Shown here one piece after another: positions 12,812 to 26,146 of a DNA stretch of 64,000 nucleotides (position 1 is its first letter; every line of letters starts with the position of its first letter). The DNA is from Mytilus edulis. Taxonomy: Eukaryota. A program made the translations under genes and the position numbers. The stretch is taken from positions 39,308,001-39,372,000 of the forward strand of contig NC_092357.1 in assembly GCF_963676685.1 (NCBI RefSeq), written 5' to 3'. Below the pieces are notes generated by a model that was given only the letters and a program-made list of their open reading frames with translations, was not told where the DNA came from and did not search any database.

Positions 12812-14443
12812 CACGGCTGGTAATCTACACACGCAGAACATTTGGTTCTGCAATGAATTTACTGTTGTACGTAGAGTTGAACTCTTACAAAAACAGTTGC
12901 CTAACGAGAAATTGCCAAAAAAAGTGACATTTCAATTTTAAAATGGTTCTATTAACAGACCTACAAGTTCAAATTTAGTTTTTTTAGGGCAATGGGTATG
13001 AATGTTGTTTTTGGCGGCGTGTACGCTGTCCGGGATTGTCAGACGTCTTAATTATTCCAAAAACTACATTTTTTCATTAAGTATTGCGTGAGGGGATCGG
13101 TTCTGATTGAGGACATCGTGAATGCGTGAGGGGAAGTACAAATCATATATTCATATTCAAGCTATGAGTCGTTGAAACTTACCTAAATAAGACTACATTG
13201 TTCATGAAAAAACACATAAAGTGTGCTAAAAAAATCACTGAGATTGATATTGAAATAAATTGTTGGAATCTAGGGTTTAATAATATGTTTCACGAAGAAT
13301 AAAAACAAAAAAATGTTGTCAACGATAACCAAAAATACTGCAGAGATGTTGGGGAGTATCTCATTCGTCTTGATTCATCCTTTTCAAACCACTCAACAAT
13401 GTCCAAAAACAGGTCGAATGCAATGTTGTTTTAAAGGAAAACGTCCATTAATGAAAAAAAAATCAAATTATGGTCTTCCTCGAGATTATCTTGGCTTACA
13501 TCGATGTTCGTGAATAATAAATTCTGTATTTCTGCCCTTTTTGTTTCGAAAATTTTGTGATTTTGGGTGAACAGATTACGTCTAATATATATAGGTGTTG
13601 AAGTTTGATCGGCGATATACTTTTCTTTAATATATGTGGTAATCTCTGTGACGTATATTTGACGACAGGACTACTCCCACAGGGATTAGTTCGCTTCGAG
13701 GGCGGGGATAACTTTTATCTCCATGGCTTTTTGTAGAGAGTCAATTTTAGTCCTCTTTTCCTTTTACCTTTGAATAATGGCATTTTCTGAATTTGAGCAA
13801 ACAATTTTAAATAGTTTGATTTCATTGAATCAGTGATCAGTTTACATCTGTTAAAGTATAAGGACAAATCTGTGATAATTTTTAATCACCATTGATCACA
13901 TTTATTGAGTCAACAAAAGTCACAAAGCCAAAGATTACTAAAAATTTCTGTATTTCCCCTCACGCATTCACGATGTCCTCAATCAGAACCGATCCCCTCA
14001 CGCATGACTTAATGAAAAAATGTAGTTTTTGGAATTATTAAGACGTCTATCAACACCGGACAGCGTACACGCCGCCAAAAACAACATTCATACCCATTGC
14101 CCTAAAAAAAACTAAATTTGAACTTGTAGGTCTGTAAATAGAACCATTTTAAAATTGAAATGTCACTTTTTTAGGCGATTTCTCGTGGGGCAACTGATTT
14201 TGTAAGAGTTCAACTCTACGTACAACAGTAAATGATACATGTATTTCTTCGTTAAAGTATTCACCACAGCATAGCATTCTCTGATTTTCAATATTTTGAT
14301 CAGTTGAATAAGAAAATTGAGATTTAGAAATGTAGATACCTTTTGAAGCGGTGACAATTACTCCACTCAAGCACAACCGGAAAATCCTCTCACGGTTTTC
14401 ATTGCAGAACCAAATGTTCTGCGTGTGTAGATTACCAGCCGTG
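12812..14443. mobile_element. Non-autonomous long-TIR (foldback) element, P/Galileo-like
   Basis: Ends CACGGCTGGTAATCTACACACGCAGAAC... / ...GTTCTGCGTGTGTAGATTACCAGCCGTG. Arms span ~12812-13139 and ~13948-14443. 7-bp TSD CTAGAAC (12805-12811, 14444-14450). The empty site is visible in the duplicate at ~16403-16409. Confidence 0.85.
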
Positions 14444-15834
14444 CTAGAACGTACCTTTAATTTTTTTAATTCATTAAATCTTTTAAACATTATTGCTGTA
14501 TTGTAACGGACATCCTATTTTTCATATTGTGCTGTCTTGTGTCTATTAAAGTTTTTTTTATTTGTTATATATTATAATGTGTACAAAATATTTTGCTAAA
14601 ATGGGCATAGACAATATAAATTTTCGCTAAAATGGGTTAACAATCCGGCACTAAAATGGGTTCTACTTTGGCGTTAAAACGTGCAAAATTTTTCGCTCAA
14701 ATGTCCTCTGCGGATTGAAACAGATACTTTCTCGGGAATTCCCGTGAGATCGTTTAAGTTTGCTCATGATATCAGATTATATGCTTTATATACGTTTGAT
14801 GCCTACCAAGTTGAATAATATGATTATATGAATTTTTTATTGTTTTATAGTGTTTAACAAACCTGTATGTATTGCTACGTTTAATTTGAATAATTATGAT
14901 AGTATGTGTATGTCCAAATGACGAGGTCCTCAAAATGTTGTTACCTATAGACATAAATAAATTGATTAAAATGTGTCATATGATTTTTATTTGAAATGCA
15001 TAAATGCGTTCTTTTTCAAACTTACACGACAGTGTCACATGTTGATAAGTCCGGATGACCCTTCCGGAGCACATGCTATAACCCCTGCATGTGCTTGGTG
15101 GTTGTATGTTGCACAGTCTTTAGTTGTCAATGATGTGTGTTTGTATACAGTTGCTTGAGTTTTTGTAGTTTTTTTTTTCATTGCGTTGCCAAGTTTGTTT
15201 TCGACTTGTGAGCTTGAATGTCCCTTTGGTATTGTTCGTTCCTTATTTACTGTTACACCATTTCGGCGTTATATTTCTCAATTAAATTGTACCTATTTAA
15301 ATGTCTAAATCGGCCGTGTCTTACAAATTTGTGACAAATCCTTTAAACATGTTTACTTATTATTAATTTACTTAACAACCCTGTAAAACTTATTATTGCG
15401 CGTAAGGCAAGAATACATCGTTGTCAAGTGCAAACTAGTATTTCTGTTTTTCCCATTCTTATTCAAATCGACAGCATCGTTGAAATCCTTGGTTAGATAC
15501 ATTTAATTTATATCAATATTTCGTACATTTTCGTTTATTCGAATGACTACATTTTGTCAAAGATTTTAAACCATCATCCGTTTGAGCCAAACAACTTGTA
15601 TGCGGTCAACATCCCCTATTAACATATTAACTATAAAGTGTATCATTTAGACGTATCTTTATCATATATTTTGTTCCTTTTCCCGATGTTTTTATCTGTT
15701 ATCGGAATTTATACAATACCTCAGAGGTCTGACTATACATTTAATAACGTACTTTTCACATACTTAATTGTTTAGCTTTTATTATGTTAACCTGAAGTTC
15801 ATGTTTACTTATAATTGACCCTTATTAAACTTAC

Positions 15835-16168
15835 CTATAGCAGATTTTGAATTGTCTCAGAAATCTTGCCAGACTTTGTCTACATAGCAATGATGCAAGT
15901 AAAACACCGGGTCATTTGGAGAAACATCAATATCGTTCATCGTGCCACCAATAGTGACATGTGCAAAATTATGACACGCCTCTAAATTACGATAAGTACC
16001 AGCCAATGGTTCCAATATTCTAGAGTTTCTGCTTTCACGTATTATGTTTCTGTAACAATCTTCTGGAAAGTATTTTCTTCCTGACCCGCCAGTTCTTGTG
16101 AGAGTGACATACCTTCGATCCTGTGTTTGATATCGCCAATTCGCAAATGGTCCCACCCTAACCTGGCC
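15835..16168 (-). pseudogene. Tyrosinase CuB exon, second 5'-truncated copy with nonsense mutation
   Basis: Near-identical to 12237-12570, with AGA>TGA after WQDF. Confidence 0.9.
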
Positions 16169-18897
16169 TAATGAGACAACTCTTATAGTATCCTGACTAG
16201 GGAAAGGCACATACAATCAGAACTTTACCAGGTTGAACATGTAAACGGGATTCCAACAAGTCTAGCCTGGTACAGTGGTGTAACAGTACACAACAAGAAC
16301 GAAATATCAAAATCAGTTAAAAATGTTCAAAGATTTCAGATGGATAAAAATGGAATTTACCCAGAGCCCATTACGTACGTTCTCTAGAATATAAACTCCA
16401 GGCTAGAACGTACCTTTAATTTTTTTAATTCATTAAATCTTTTAAACATTATTGCTGTATTGTAACGGACATCCTATTTTTCATATTGTGCTGTCTTGTG
16501 TCTATTAAAGGTTTTTTTTATTTGTTATCTATTATAATGTGTACAAAATATTTTGCTAAAATGGGCATAAACAGTATAAATTTTCGCTAAAATGGGTTCT
16601 ACTTTGGCGTTAAAACGTGCAAAATTTTTCGCTCAAATGTCCTCCGCGGATTGAAACAGATACTTTCTCGGGAATTCCCGTGAGATCGTTTAAGTTTGCT
16701 CATGATATCAGATTATATGCTTTATATACGTTTGATGCCTACCAAGTTGAATAATATGATTATATGAATTTTTTATTGTTTTATAGTGTTTAACAAACCT
16801 GTATATATTGCTACGTTTAATTTGAATAATTATGATAGTATGTGTATGTCCAAATGACGAGGTCCTCAAAATGTTGTTACCTATAGACATAAATAAATTG
16901 ATTAAAATGTGTCATATGATTTTTATTTGAAATGCATAAATGCGTTCTTTTTCAAACTTACACGACAGTGCCACATGTTGATAAGTCCGGCTGACCCTTC
17001 AGGAGCACATGTTATAACCCCTGCATGTGCTTGGTGGTTGTATGTTGCACAGTCTTTAGTTGTCAATGATGTGTAGTTTTTTTTTCATTGCGTTGCCAAG
17101 TTTGTTTTCGACTTGTGAGCTTGAATGTCCCTTTGGTATTGTTCGCCCCTTATTTACTGTTACACCATTTCGGCGTTATATTTCTCAATTAAATTGTACC
17201 TATTTAAATGTCTAAATCGGCCGTGTCTTACAAGTTTGTGACAAATCCTTTAAACATGTTTACTTATTATTAATTTACTTAACAACCCTGTTAAAATTAT
17301 TATTGCGCGTAAGGCAAGAATACATCGTTGTCAAGTGCAAACTAGTATTTCTGTTTTTCCCATTCTTATTCAAATCGACAGCATCGTTGAAATCCTTGGT
17401 TAGATACATTTATTTTTTATCAATATTTCGTACATTTTCGTTTATTCGAATGACTACATTTTGTCAAAGATTTTAAACCATCATCCGTTTGAGCCAAACA
17501 ACTTGTATGCGGTCAACATCCCCTATTAACATATTTTCTTTTTTTTTATATTATACAAATTGAAATGAAAGATGGCAGAGATTATATTTCATTCGCTTCG
17601 AAATGAAAGAACAATAATGAATGTTAACTTCTTTTGTACAGCCCTGGCTGTTATTTTTGGTGGCATTCCTTTATGATTTGAAGAACAGAAAATTTTGCGC
17701 AGACTACATTATTTAATTCAATCTTTTTCAATTCAATTCATAAATGACTGCTGGATAATTTTCAATTTTGCCGTTTACGAATGTTTTAAGAACTATGGGT
17801 AATTTAATTTTACGTTTCCCAACATGAAAATAACGTCTTGACATTGGTTGAATTTCCATTGTTTTGGACGTTTTTAACCAATCACAACGTTTTGGTGCAC
17901 ATTTTTGAAAATATTACCCAGTATGCATTAGATTCTGAAACTGCAAATCGGACACACAGCAGCAACAATGCTAGGACTATCGAACAATGAAATATATCTT
18001 CAGATTGACATGTTATTGTTTACAGCTATATGTGTAGAAAAGTAGCTATGAAGAACTATAATTTAATGAGCTTGTGCATCATACAAATCAAAGCAAACAT
18101 AACATCATAGTCATCATCATTTGGGTTTGTTTTTTCCTTATTTGATTTACGAGATTTGAGCATTGCCTTGATTCAACATGATTGTGCTTTCTCGTTGATT
18201 TGCATACCATATCTTCCAATAAGAATAAATGTAAATACAGAAATTATAGTGAGGTTTATATTATTGCTAAAAAATGCGACAGAGTTGTAAACGCAATAAT
18301 TTAAACTCGCATTTTGAAATATATTTTATACAAATGAATCTGGATTTCTCTTAAAATCGTAAATTTCTAAAAATCGTGAAAATTAAAATCGCCTTTTAAG
18401 TCTAAAATGACATAAGCGCAATAATAAATGCAATAATTTCTGAATTTACAGTACCAAAACTCATCCACTTTGCTTAAGGGAGTTGTACCAATGTTATTTA
18501 AGGTAAACAATGCATTGAAAAATAAAATGTATTCAATAAATCCTGTCTGTATCAAAGGAGGAGCTATACCACCAAACAGGACATAAGAAATGGCCAAATC
18601 CATATAAATATACCCAATGGAAGATGGGGTACGATTACAAATGAAACAACTCTTCACAATAATCCAAATGACAAACATTAACAAACTGTACATCATTAAG
18701 TATTGTTTTTGATGACAATGTGTGTGCTGCTACGCCTGACAAAATAAAGACATATTGTATAGCGTTTGAACTTTCACCTGCTAGAGCTAAATGATCAAAC
18801 TTTATATCATGATAACCTATATCTAAACTGAGACTATTATACTAACGTTAGTATAACATTAAACAAACGTATATGAACATATATCGTTTCATATCTT

Positions 18898-21510
18898 CAC
18901 GGCCGACATTCGGCTAACCGACAGATTGGTCGATTAATATATATTGAGTATGTGGCTATATGGGCGATTGGTCTATTTATCGGGTTGGTTATACGTCTGT
19001 TAAGAGTAAAACGCACAATTTAATGTTAAACTCTACTTAATATACAGATTTTTGGCATATTATATGAACCAAATCAAAAAAAGAAAAGTGTCTGACAAAA
19101 TGATATCTATCATAGAACATTTTTCACCTGTAAAAACATTTCATAGTCTGCACAGTTTTCAGTAAAATTATAAGGCGTCGCGCAAGTATGTTTTATTTAT
19201 GCTTATACGCATAGCAATTTTTTTTTTGATAAAAGGCGAAACAAACAATTTTAGATATCATTTAAAGGACACAAAATAGTACTTTGGTTTTAAAAAATAA
19301 ATTGACTATAGTAAATATTTCATAATTGTAATATAACGTGAATAATACCACGTTTAAGTGAACATTAGGGTAATAAAGTCTGTTAATGGGTTGGGAAATT
19401 GAAATTGTGTCAGTTAAGAGTTATTTAGCCAGGATAATAGTTTTGCTACCTTTATATTTTCCCATTGAAAAAGTTTAAGAATGTGATGTTCTTGAGTTAA
19501 AAAAAAATTGACACTGAATACGGTGCAACAGTATCCTTCTTGTAAGAACATTTTTATTTTGACTTTTTTTGCATCTATGGAAGGATGTGTCTATGGATTG
19601 GCCGCTGGAATATGCATGCATTTATTATTAACGTTTTCAATCAACCTTTTGTTTTGTGTGTGTTCAGAGTAGCACGCTCTCAAATCCGACTGAGAGTGTC
19701 TTTCTAATACAGCACAGGGTACATAATACGTGTTATCGTTCTCATATGCACAAAATGTTTGTCACTGGACGTTAATCCTAATTCGTCGGAATTGATTCTT
19801 TTCTTCTATTGCTTAATCATATGTTGTTTACAAATCATTCTAAAGGAGTAAATGGAAAGGAGCGAATGCAGCTACATAAGGTCAATTTAAGTTTTAACTC
19901 ATTTTATTCCACATACTTCTAGTTCCTTTCTACATAAGTGCAGAGGAGAGCTACAGTCCTTGGATGTAAACTTCCAACTAACACCATACACCATTACACC
20001 ATACACCATACACCATACACAATTACACCATACACCTTGTACCATTACACCATACACGTTACACCTTTGCACCATACATGTTACACATTACACCATACAC
20101 CATTCCCCATTCTATTTACACGATCCGAAATTACCCATAACGCAATTAAATTTCAAATATTAAGATTATTATTATTGTTTATGTTTACAATCCGAAAAAT
20201 TAAAATAAAAAGAACTTCGTTTTCAACCAATGAAATGTTGTACACCGTTCATTCACACCATTCCCGATCACACGTTACACAATCACACCATTCATCATAC
20301 ATTATTACACCATTCCCCTTACACCATACACCATAGCACCATACACCTTACACCATTGCACCATATGCCATACACCATTACACCATACACGATTTTTTGG
20401 GAAGTTTACACCATCCAAGGGCTGTACACATGTAAACTTCTAGCAATTGTCACCAATATGAGTACATCGCAATCCGTTACTGTTTCAACACTCAGGGGTT
20501 TCATGTCTATATTCTTAAAAAAAATTATTATTTGTTCCCTTTTTTTTTAGCAATGCATCAGTCTCTACGGTTCTTATCTGTTATTCTATATTCTGCGTCT
20601 CCATCCAGATTCCCATGTATATACCACGAGGGTCCGGATCGGGGTGTTGTTTATTTCTGTGCTATTTAAATTGTTATATCACTTTTCTTTCAATCTATTT
20701 ATCTTACTCATTATTCTTTCTCTATTCTTTATATTTTAGCATCCCAATATTTTTTACTTACTGATGTTGAGTTACATTACGACGTATATCTCTGATTTAT
20801 TTACTGGTTATCAATGTAGATGACAAATTGGTGGCATTCATGACAATTAAACAGAATCCACATGATATATGCGACCATTCTTAGATGAAATTAATATTAC
20901 TATAATATTGCATTTTGTGAAACCATTTTTATCAAGTTTCATTTTCCATTGTCTAAATTGTTCATTGTTCATGTGTTGTTTCCGTATATTTTATGTTTCA
21001 TTGCCCATGTGCTGTTTCCGTATATTTTCGCCGCTCGTCTTGAGCCTACCCATTTGATTCAATCACACCCAATATAGCAATAAAATTATACTTTTCATAC
21101 TCTTAACAGACCAATTAACAGACGGTGTTTTATACATCCGACCCATTAACAGACCAGATTTTAAATAAGATTAATTTATGTTACGAAAATCTATGTGTGT
21201 GTAAAATGTGTAGAGATTTTTTGGTGAGAAACCCGCCTTTTCATTTTTAAGATAGTACATTGAAGCTAGAAAAATAATAATTACACCACCGCATTCATTA
21301 CATTGAATTGTTTTGTTAGACATGCATAATTTTTAAGATAATATATTTAAAAAGTTATACATTGAAACATGGTGAACTTTCAATGATTTTCTCGATTACA
21401 CCTGATTAACAGACTTTAGCCAACCCGATTAACAGAGCAACCGCCGATATAGCCGCATACTCAATATAGATTAACCGACAAATCTCTCGGTTAGCCGGGT
21501 GTCGGCCGTG
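18898..21510. mobile_element. Non-autonomous CAC...GTG TIR element (Transib/CMC-like termini)
   Basis: ~110-bp imperfect TIRs CACGGCCGACATTCGGCTAACCGA / TCGGTTAGCCGGGTGTCGGCCGTG. Flanks are ATCTT / ATCTA. Absent from the paralogous spacer (~35555). Confidence 0.7.
19954..20424. mobile_element. Tc1/mariner-type MITE with internal (ACACCAT)n repeats
   Basis: TA|CAGTCCTTGGATG...CATCCAAGGGCTG|TA. A second, truncated copy starts at 21629. Confidence 0.75.
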
Positions 21511-21628
21511 ATCTAAAGGCGAATAAATGATTTAAAAGGTGAAGTTTTTAAGTGATTTTAATTTATTACATTCAGAAATTATTCTCTGTTGATCACAATA
21601 CATTAAGTAGTATTACATATATATTATA

Positions 21629-22253
21629 CAGTCCTTGGATGGTGTAAACTTCCTCATAACACCAAACACCATTATACCATCCACTATACACCATTACGCT
21701 ATACACCCTGTGTCATTACACCATGCACGTTCCTTTTTTACATTTAACACCTTACACATTACACCATATCGCAATATAATTTCAAAGAAAGCGTGTGACT
21801 TAATTTTGTTTTAATTTATTGTAGAAAACGAATTTAGTGCGTATTGTTATGCGTTTACTTTTCTACATTGACTAGAGGTATTGGGGGAGGGTTGAGATCT
21901 CATAAACATGTTTAACCCCGCAGCATTTATGCGCCTGTCCCAAGTCAGGAGCCTCTGACCTTTGTTAGTCTTGGATTATTTTAATTTTAGTTACTTGTGG
22001 ACAATTTGGAAATTAGTATGGCGTTCATTATCACTGAACTAGTATATATTTGTTTAAGGGCCAGCTGAAGGACGCCTCCGGGTGCGGGAGTTTCTCGCTA
22101 CATTGAAACCTGTTGGTGACCTTCTGCTGTTGTTTTTTCGATGGTCGGGTTGTTGTCTATTTGACACATTCCCCCATTCCATTTTCAATTTTATTTTATA
22201 ACGTATAAAATTCAAAATCAGTTCGTACACCATTTACTCACGCCATTCCCGAC
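21629..22253. mobile_element. Truncated second copy of the ACACCAT MITE, interrupted by an interspersed repeat (~21790-22195)
   Basis: TA|CAGTCCTTGGATGGTGTAAACTTCC followed by ACACCAT repeats. The nested repeat contains TTTAACCCCGC...CCTGTCCCAAGTCAGGAGCC. Confidence 0.6.
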
Positions 22254-22499
22254 CATTGAGCTTACGTGTCCAAAGAATAGGTATGCTTTAAATCAAATCC
22301 TTATCGAACCCTTCAGTAATGGAGATGCTAGTGATACACACGGGACGTAACAGTTCATAATCAAAGGTAAAAACCTAATTTTATGTAAATGATTATAACA
22401 AGTTACGAATAATTTCGTCTGAAGCCCTTTTCTCGATATACTCTCTTAATAAACGTCCAAAAGCCAAACTAAACGAAAAAATAAGAAAAAAAATAAATA

Positions 22500-22674
22500 C
22501 AGTGAAATCCGATTAAACCGAACATCTTCTGGTCTTCAGATTTAGTTCGGTTTTGGCCGATGTTCGGTTTTATCAGGTCACAACGCGCATAATTGGATAT
22601 GACGGTGCTTAAGAACACGTTTGGTTTATACAGGTTTCCGGTTATACAGGATTCGGTTTAGTCAGGTTTCACTG
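22500..22674. mobile_element. Tc1/mariner-type MITE
   Basis: TA|CAGTGAAATCCGATTAAACCGAA ... TTCGGTTTAGTCAGGTTTCACTG|TA. Confidence 0.75.
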
Positions 22675-24593
22675 TACTTGGATGATCTATATCGCAAAAG
22701 TGTCATATAATAATTAAATCAATGTCTTGGCTTTTTGAACAATGATATCTTTACCGATTATAGAATAAAATAAGAATGTTTTGATATGTATTCGATAACA
22801 CTTTAGGTCATTACAACTAGTGATAGCATGGTGCCATCGTCCGTAGTGAAAGATAAATCAGTTCACATTTGAAATGATAAAAGTGCTTGTAATTATAAAA
22901 TGGACATAAATAATAAAACGACAATAAGTTTATGAAATGAATTTAATATGTCTATTGTAACAAACATAATAAACCGATCAACTCTGTAGCTGTGCATATT
23001 CTAATCGATGTTACATACATTTGTAATTTATAAAACGAAATTGTGTTATATTTTAAAGCTTCTACACGATTAAGAAAGAGAAATTACGTTAAGCCCATCT
23101 TGAATTTGATATTTAAAGTGATTTAAAACTATTAAAACGGAACCAAATTATGTTTGGATATTCAAGAACAATTAGTGGTAATATCTACTAGTATTGATGT
23201 AAACTGCGTCTGAAACTCTCAGTTTCGATCATTTAACAACACGAAGACGACGACAAAAATTTAAAAAAAAACTTGATGAAAAAAGAATCATATATTATTC
23301 AATTTTATCAAAAATCAATCACCTTTTTGATTTATTATATCAACGGCATTGGGCTATTCCACTATTTGTGCATTAATTTTGATTATGCCTTGTTCATCAA
23401 ATTTAGATACATTATATCAATATTTCAATTGAAAAGATTATATAATTATAACATATTACTTTAGCAGATCTTGATCCGCTTGTGGTAACTATTTTGGTGC
23501 TCATTTCAGTAGAAACCCGGGAAACAGATAACGGGATTGCAGTTTCGACATTTAGAAAAAAAAATCAGCAGTTTTTTATGAAACGAATAGCCAATTACAG
23601 TTTACCAACCCCTGGTGGCGCCATTAAAATCTGCGAAGGAGTGATTGTTTCAATTTGGAACCCTTAGTTTAAAAGCTTTTATGATAGCAACAACCCTCTA
23701 TCAAGGAAATCATGATAGGAAATACAATCCCTTGAGTATCGACTGAGAGCTATTAATAATTAACATATACGATGTAACTGAGAGGGTGATAGGGCAGATT
23801 GTTGCACTCAGAAAAAATTATCAAAAGAGGTGAAGGACTCTTATCGTATTCACATTATGTTTACCTTCCAGTCTATTTTATCATCAGTGAATTCCGTATA
23901 GTTCAGACAAGTCTATTAAACCTAAGTAAGAACTGTCCATATGTTGCAGTAGCTGCAACAACATTAAACGAATTTGTCTGAGAAAAAAAATAATACCAGA
24001 TTAATTTCGGGCTAATTGAACTTGACTGCACGTCTTTATTGTAAGATTTTTAGATAATATTCTGAATACAATTGGATTCCTAACACAGTAATACAAATGT
24101 AAAAAATACTTTTTATTAGCAACTAATTTTTTTTCAAGGAGATAAACAGAGATTGACTTGTTTATGTATTTCAATAATTTTTCTGTCCTTGAATGTGTTT
24201 CGGTAGATGTTCGATCACGTCCCTTCCCCCTGGTCCAAGAGTCATCGTTTATTAATGATTTGTAAAGTAATATATACATCACTAGACAAAGCCCTGTCAG
24301 CTTAATTCTATCTCAATATGTGTATTTTTTTTTTTTTGGTAAAGAAAAGGTGTAAAATAAAAGTCAGTACAATCAATATTAATATAAAAAAGAAGATGTG
24401 GTATAATTGCAGATGCGACTAATCTCCACAAACGACCAGGATAACACAGACTTTACCAATAATAGGTCATCGTACGGCCTTTAACAATGAAAAAAGCTCA
24501 TACCGCAAAGTCAGCTATTCAAGGTCCGAAATAAAAATGTAAAACAATTCAAACGAGAAGACTAACGGGCTTATTTAGGTTAACACTTTATTA

Positions 24594-24841
24594 GGGAGCT
24601 ACCATTTGATTTTTATGGGGGTTGCTAGGATGAAAAATTTTGTCCTGCATTTTTTTTAGTTGTAATCTCTGTCCTGCCTTTTTATTTTTCACTCAACCGG
24701 TCCTTTTTTTTTTTTTTAGTTTATCCTGACTTTTTTTACATTAATTGTCATCCTGACATATTTTTTTGCAAGTGTCTCATCCTGCCTTTTTTTTTTGCCC
24801 CCCTCCCCCCTTCCCCCCATAAAAATCAAATGGTAGCTCCC
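24594..24841. mobile_element. PIF/Harbinger-like MITE
   Basis: TIRs GGGAGCTACCATTTGATTTTTATGGGG / CCCCATAAAAATCAAATGGTAGCTCCC. 3-bp TTA/GTA flanks. Empty site in the paralog at ~40985-41000. Confidence 0.75.
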
Positions 24842-25016
24842 GTAGTGACAATACATTTGTCATGACACACTCATGTTGGTACACATATTGATAAGCTACA
24901 GGTATAGTTCTCTTCGTTTCAACATAAACATGATAAACACGAATGCGATTTAAATTTTAGCGCCGATTCAGTTAAATCACCATTAGTACATTTAAGTTGT
25001 CTCCCTTTAATCAAAT

Positions 25017-25104
25017 GAAAATTCCCACTGAAAACGAAAGTAATTTTACAGCGCCGATAATAAAAACATACAGTTTTGCTTTAAAAGACACTGGATAGGT
25101 AAGT
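25017..25104 (+). promoter_or_regulatory. Copy 2 promoter: kB-like site, IRF/ISRE-like site, exon 1 donor
   Basis: GAAAATTCCC (25017-25026), GAAAACGAAAGT (25030-25041), GATAA, CAGTTT Inr-like motif, donor GTAAGT at 25099. The intron runs to the acceptor at 26145. Confidence 0.6.
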
Positions 25105-26146
25105 TGAATCAAACAATTACATAAAAAATAAAAAAAGTCAAACTTCTAATGATAAAGATGAAAATACAAATTGTTTATTTACGTTGATAGCCAAGATAAT
25201 AAAAAATGTATGTTATGATTATTTTTAAATCCTACTTACAAAGGCGTATTGTGGTATATTTATATTTAATTGATAAACGTGTACATGTAGCATACGGACT
25301 TTAATAAACCTTATTCATTGCATCATTATAAAGAAAAGAAAATGAAAAAAATAAAAAAAACACGGTAACATTAAAGCTGTGTTCATCTAGTAATTTTCCC
25401 TTTTTTTTTGCTCAGTTACCTTACTTGAAAAGCGACAGTGTCAATCTCTGAAAAATACAAATCGATGTTTTCAATAATTATCTTGATATTTCTCTTTAAC
25501 AAAGGCGTGTGGTGAATGGACCCCTCCTCTTTTTTAATTCTTATTTTTGTTGATAAATTGTACTATTTTATGTTTTCCCACGATATAAGAATGACAGTAG
25601 TTTACATATTTCTATATCGTTCTCATTAAAATTTTCCAAAAGTTTTAAATAAATTCTAACTCGTCTTTTAATCCGACTGTAATATATACTATGTTTTATT
25701 ACCCCTCCTCAAAATGTATTTTTCTGAAATTTTTATTTTATTTATTTACCTTGTGAAATAAATAGAATTGTCACAAACTACTATTCGTCTTAAGTAATTA
25801 ATAAGTTTTTAGGTACTCTTTAATTGTTTTCTATTTAATTTCGACATGGTTATCAATGAATTTTGTTTTCTTGAAGACAAAACATTTAGATTACACATTT
25901 TTTCTGCAGCTTTTCGGTCATTATCGCATAAGGAGTTTAGACAGTTCAGGCTGAACACTTACATATAAAAAAAAAACATTCAAGTATTTTTTTTAAAGTC
26001 CCAAATTCCATTAGATGTACTACTATTCATGTCTACATTTAACCAGAAATCTTTACAGATCATTTGAGGTCAAAAAAGGCCGCCACAATTTTCATACTTT
26101 AGTGAGTATCTTAACTACAGACGCTATATTTTTCTATTCTTACAGA

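Larger units (their letters stand above)
12034..17535. repeat. Tandem duplication of a ~1.9-kb unit containing the truncated tyrosinase CuB exon
   Basis: Unit A (12034-15626, including a 1.63-kb insertion) and unit B (15631-17535) both start CTATAAAGTGTATCATTTAGACG and end CCCCTATTAACATATT, and are near-identical. Confidence 0.9.

Noticed and set aside
19938-20550. His/Thr/Tyr/Pro-rich ORFs resembling a metal-binding byssal protein
   Set aside because: They translate the (ACACCAT)n repeat inside a TA-flanked MITE, are open in several frames, and have no signal peptide.
26015-26146. N-terminal extensions of the TRIM-like ORFs (also from 6601 and 42256)
   Set aside because: They read through intron sequence. 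The conserved acceptor ttacag lies directly before the MADS start, and the extensions are not conserved in frame.
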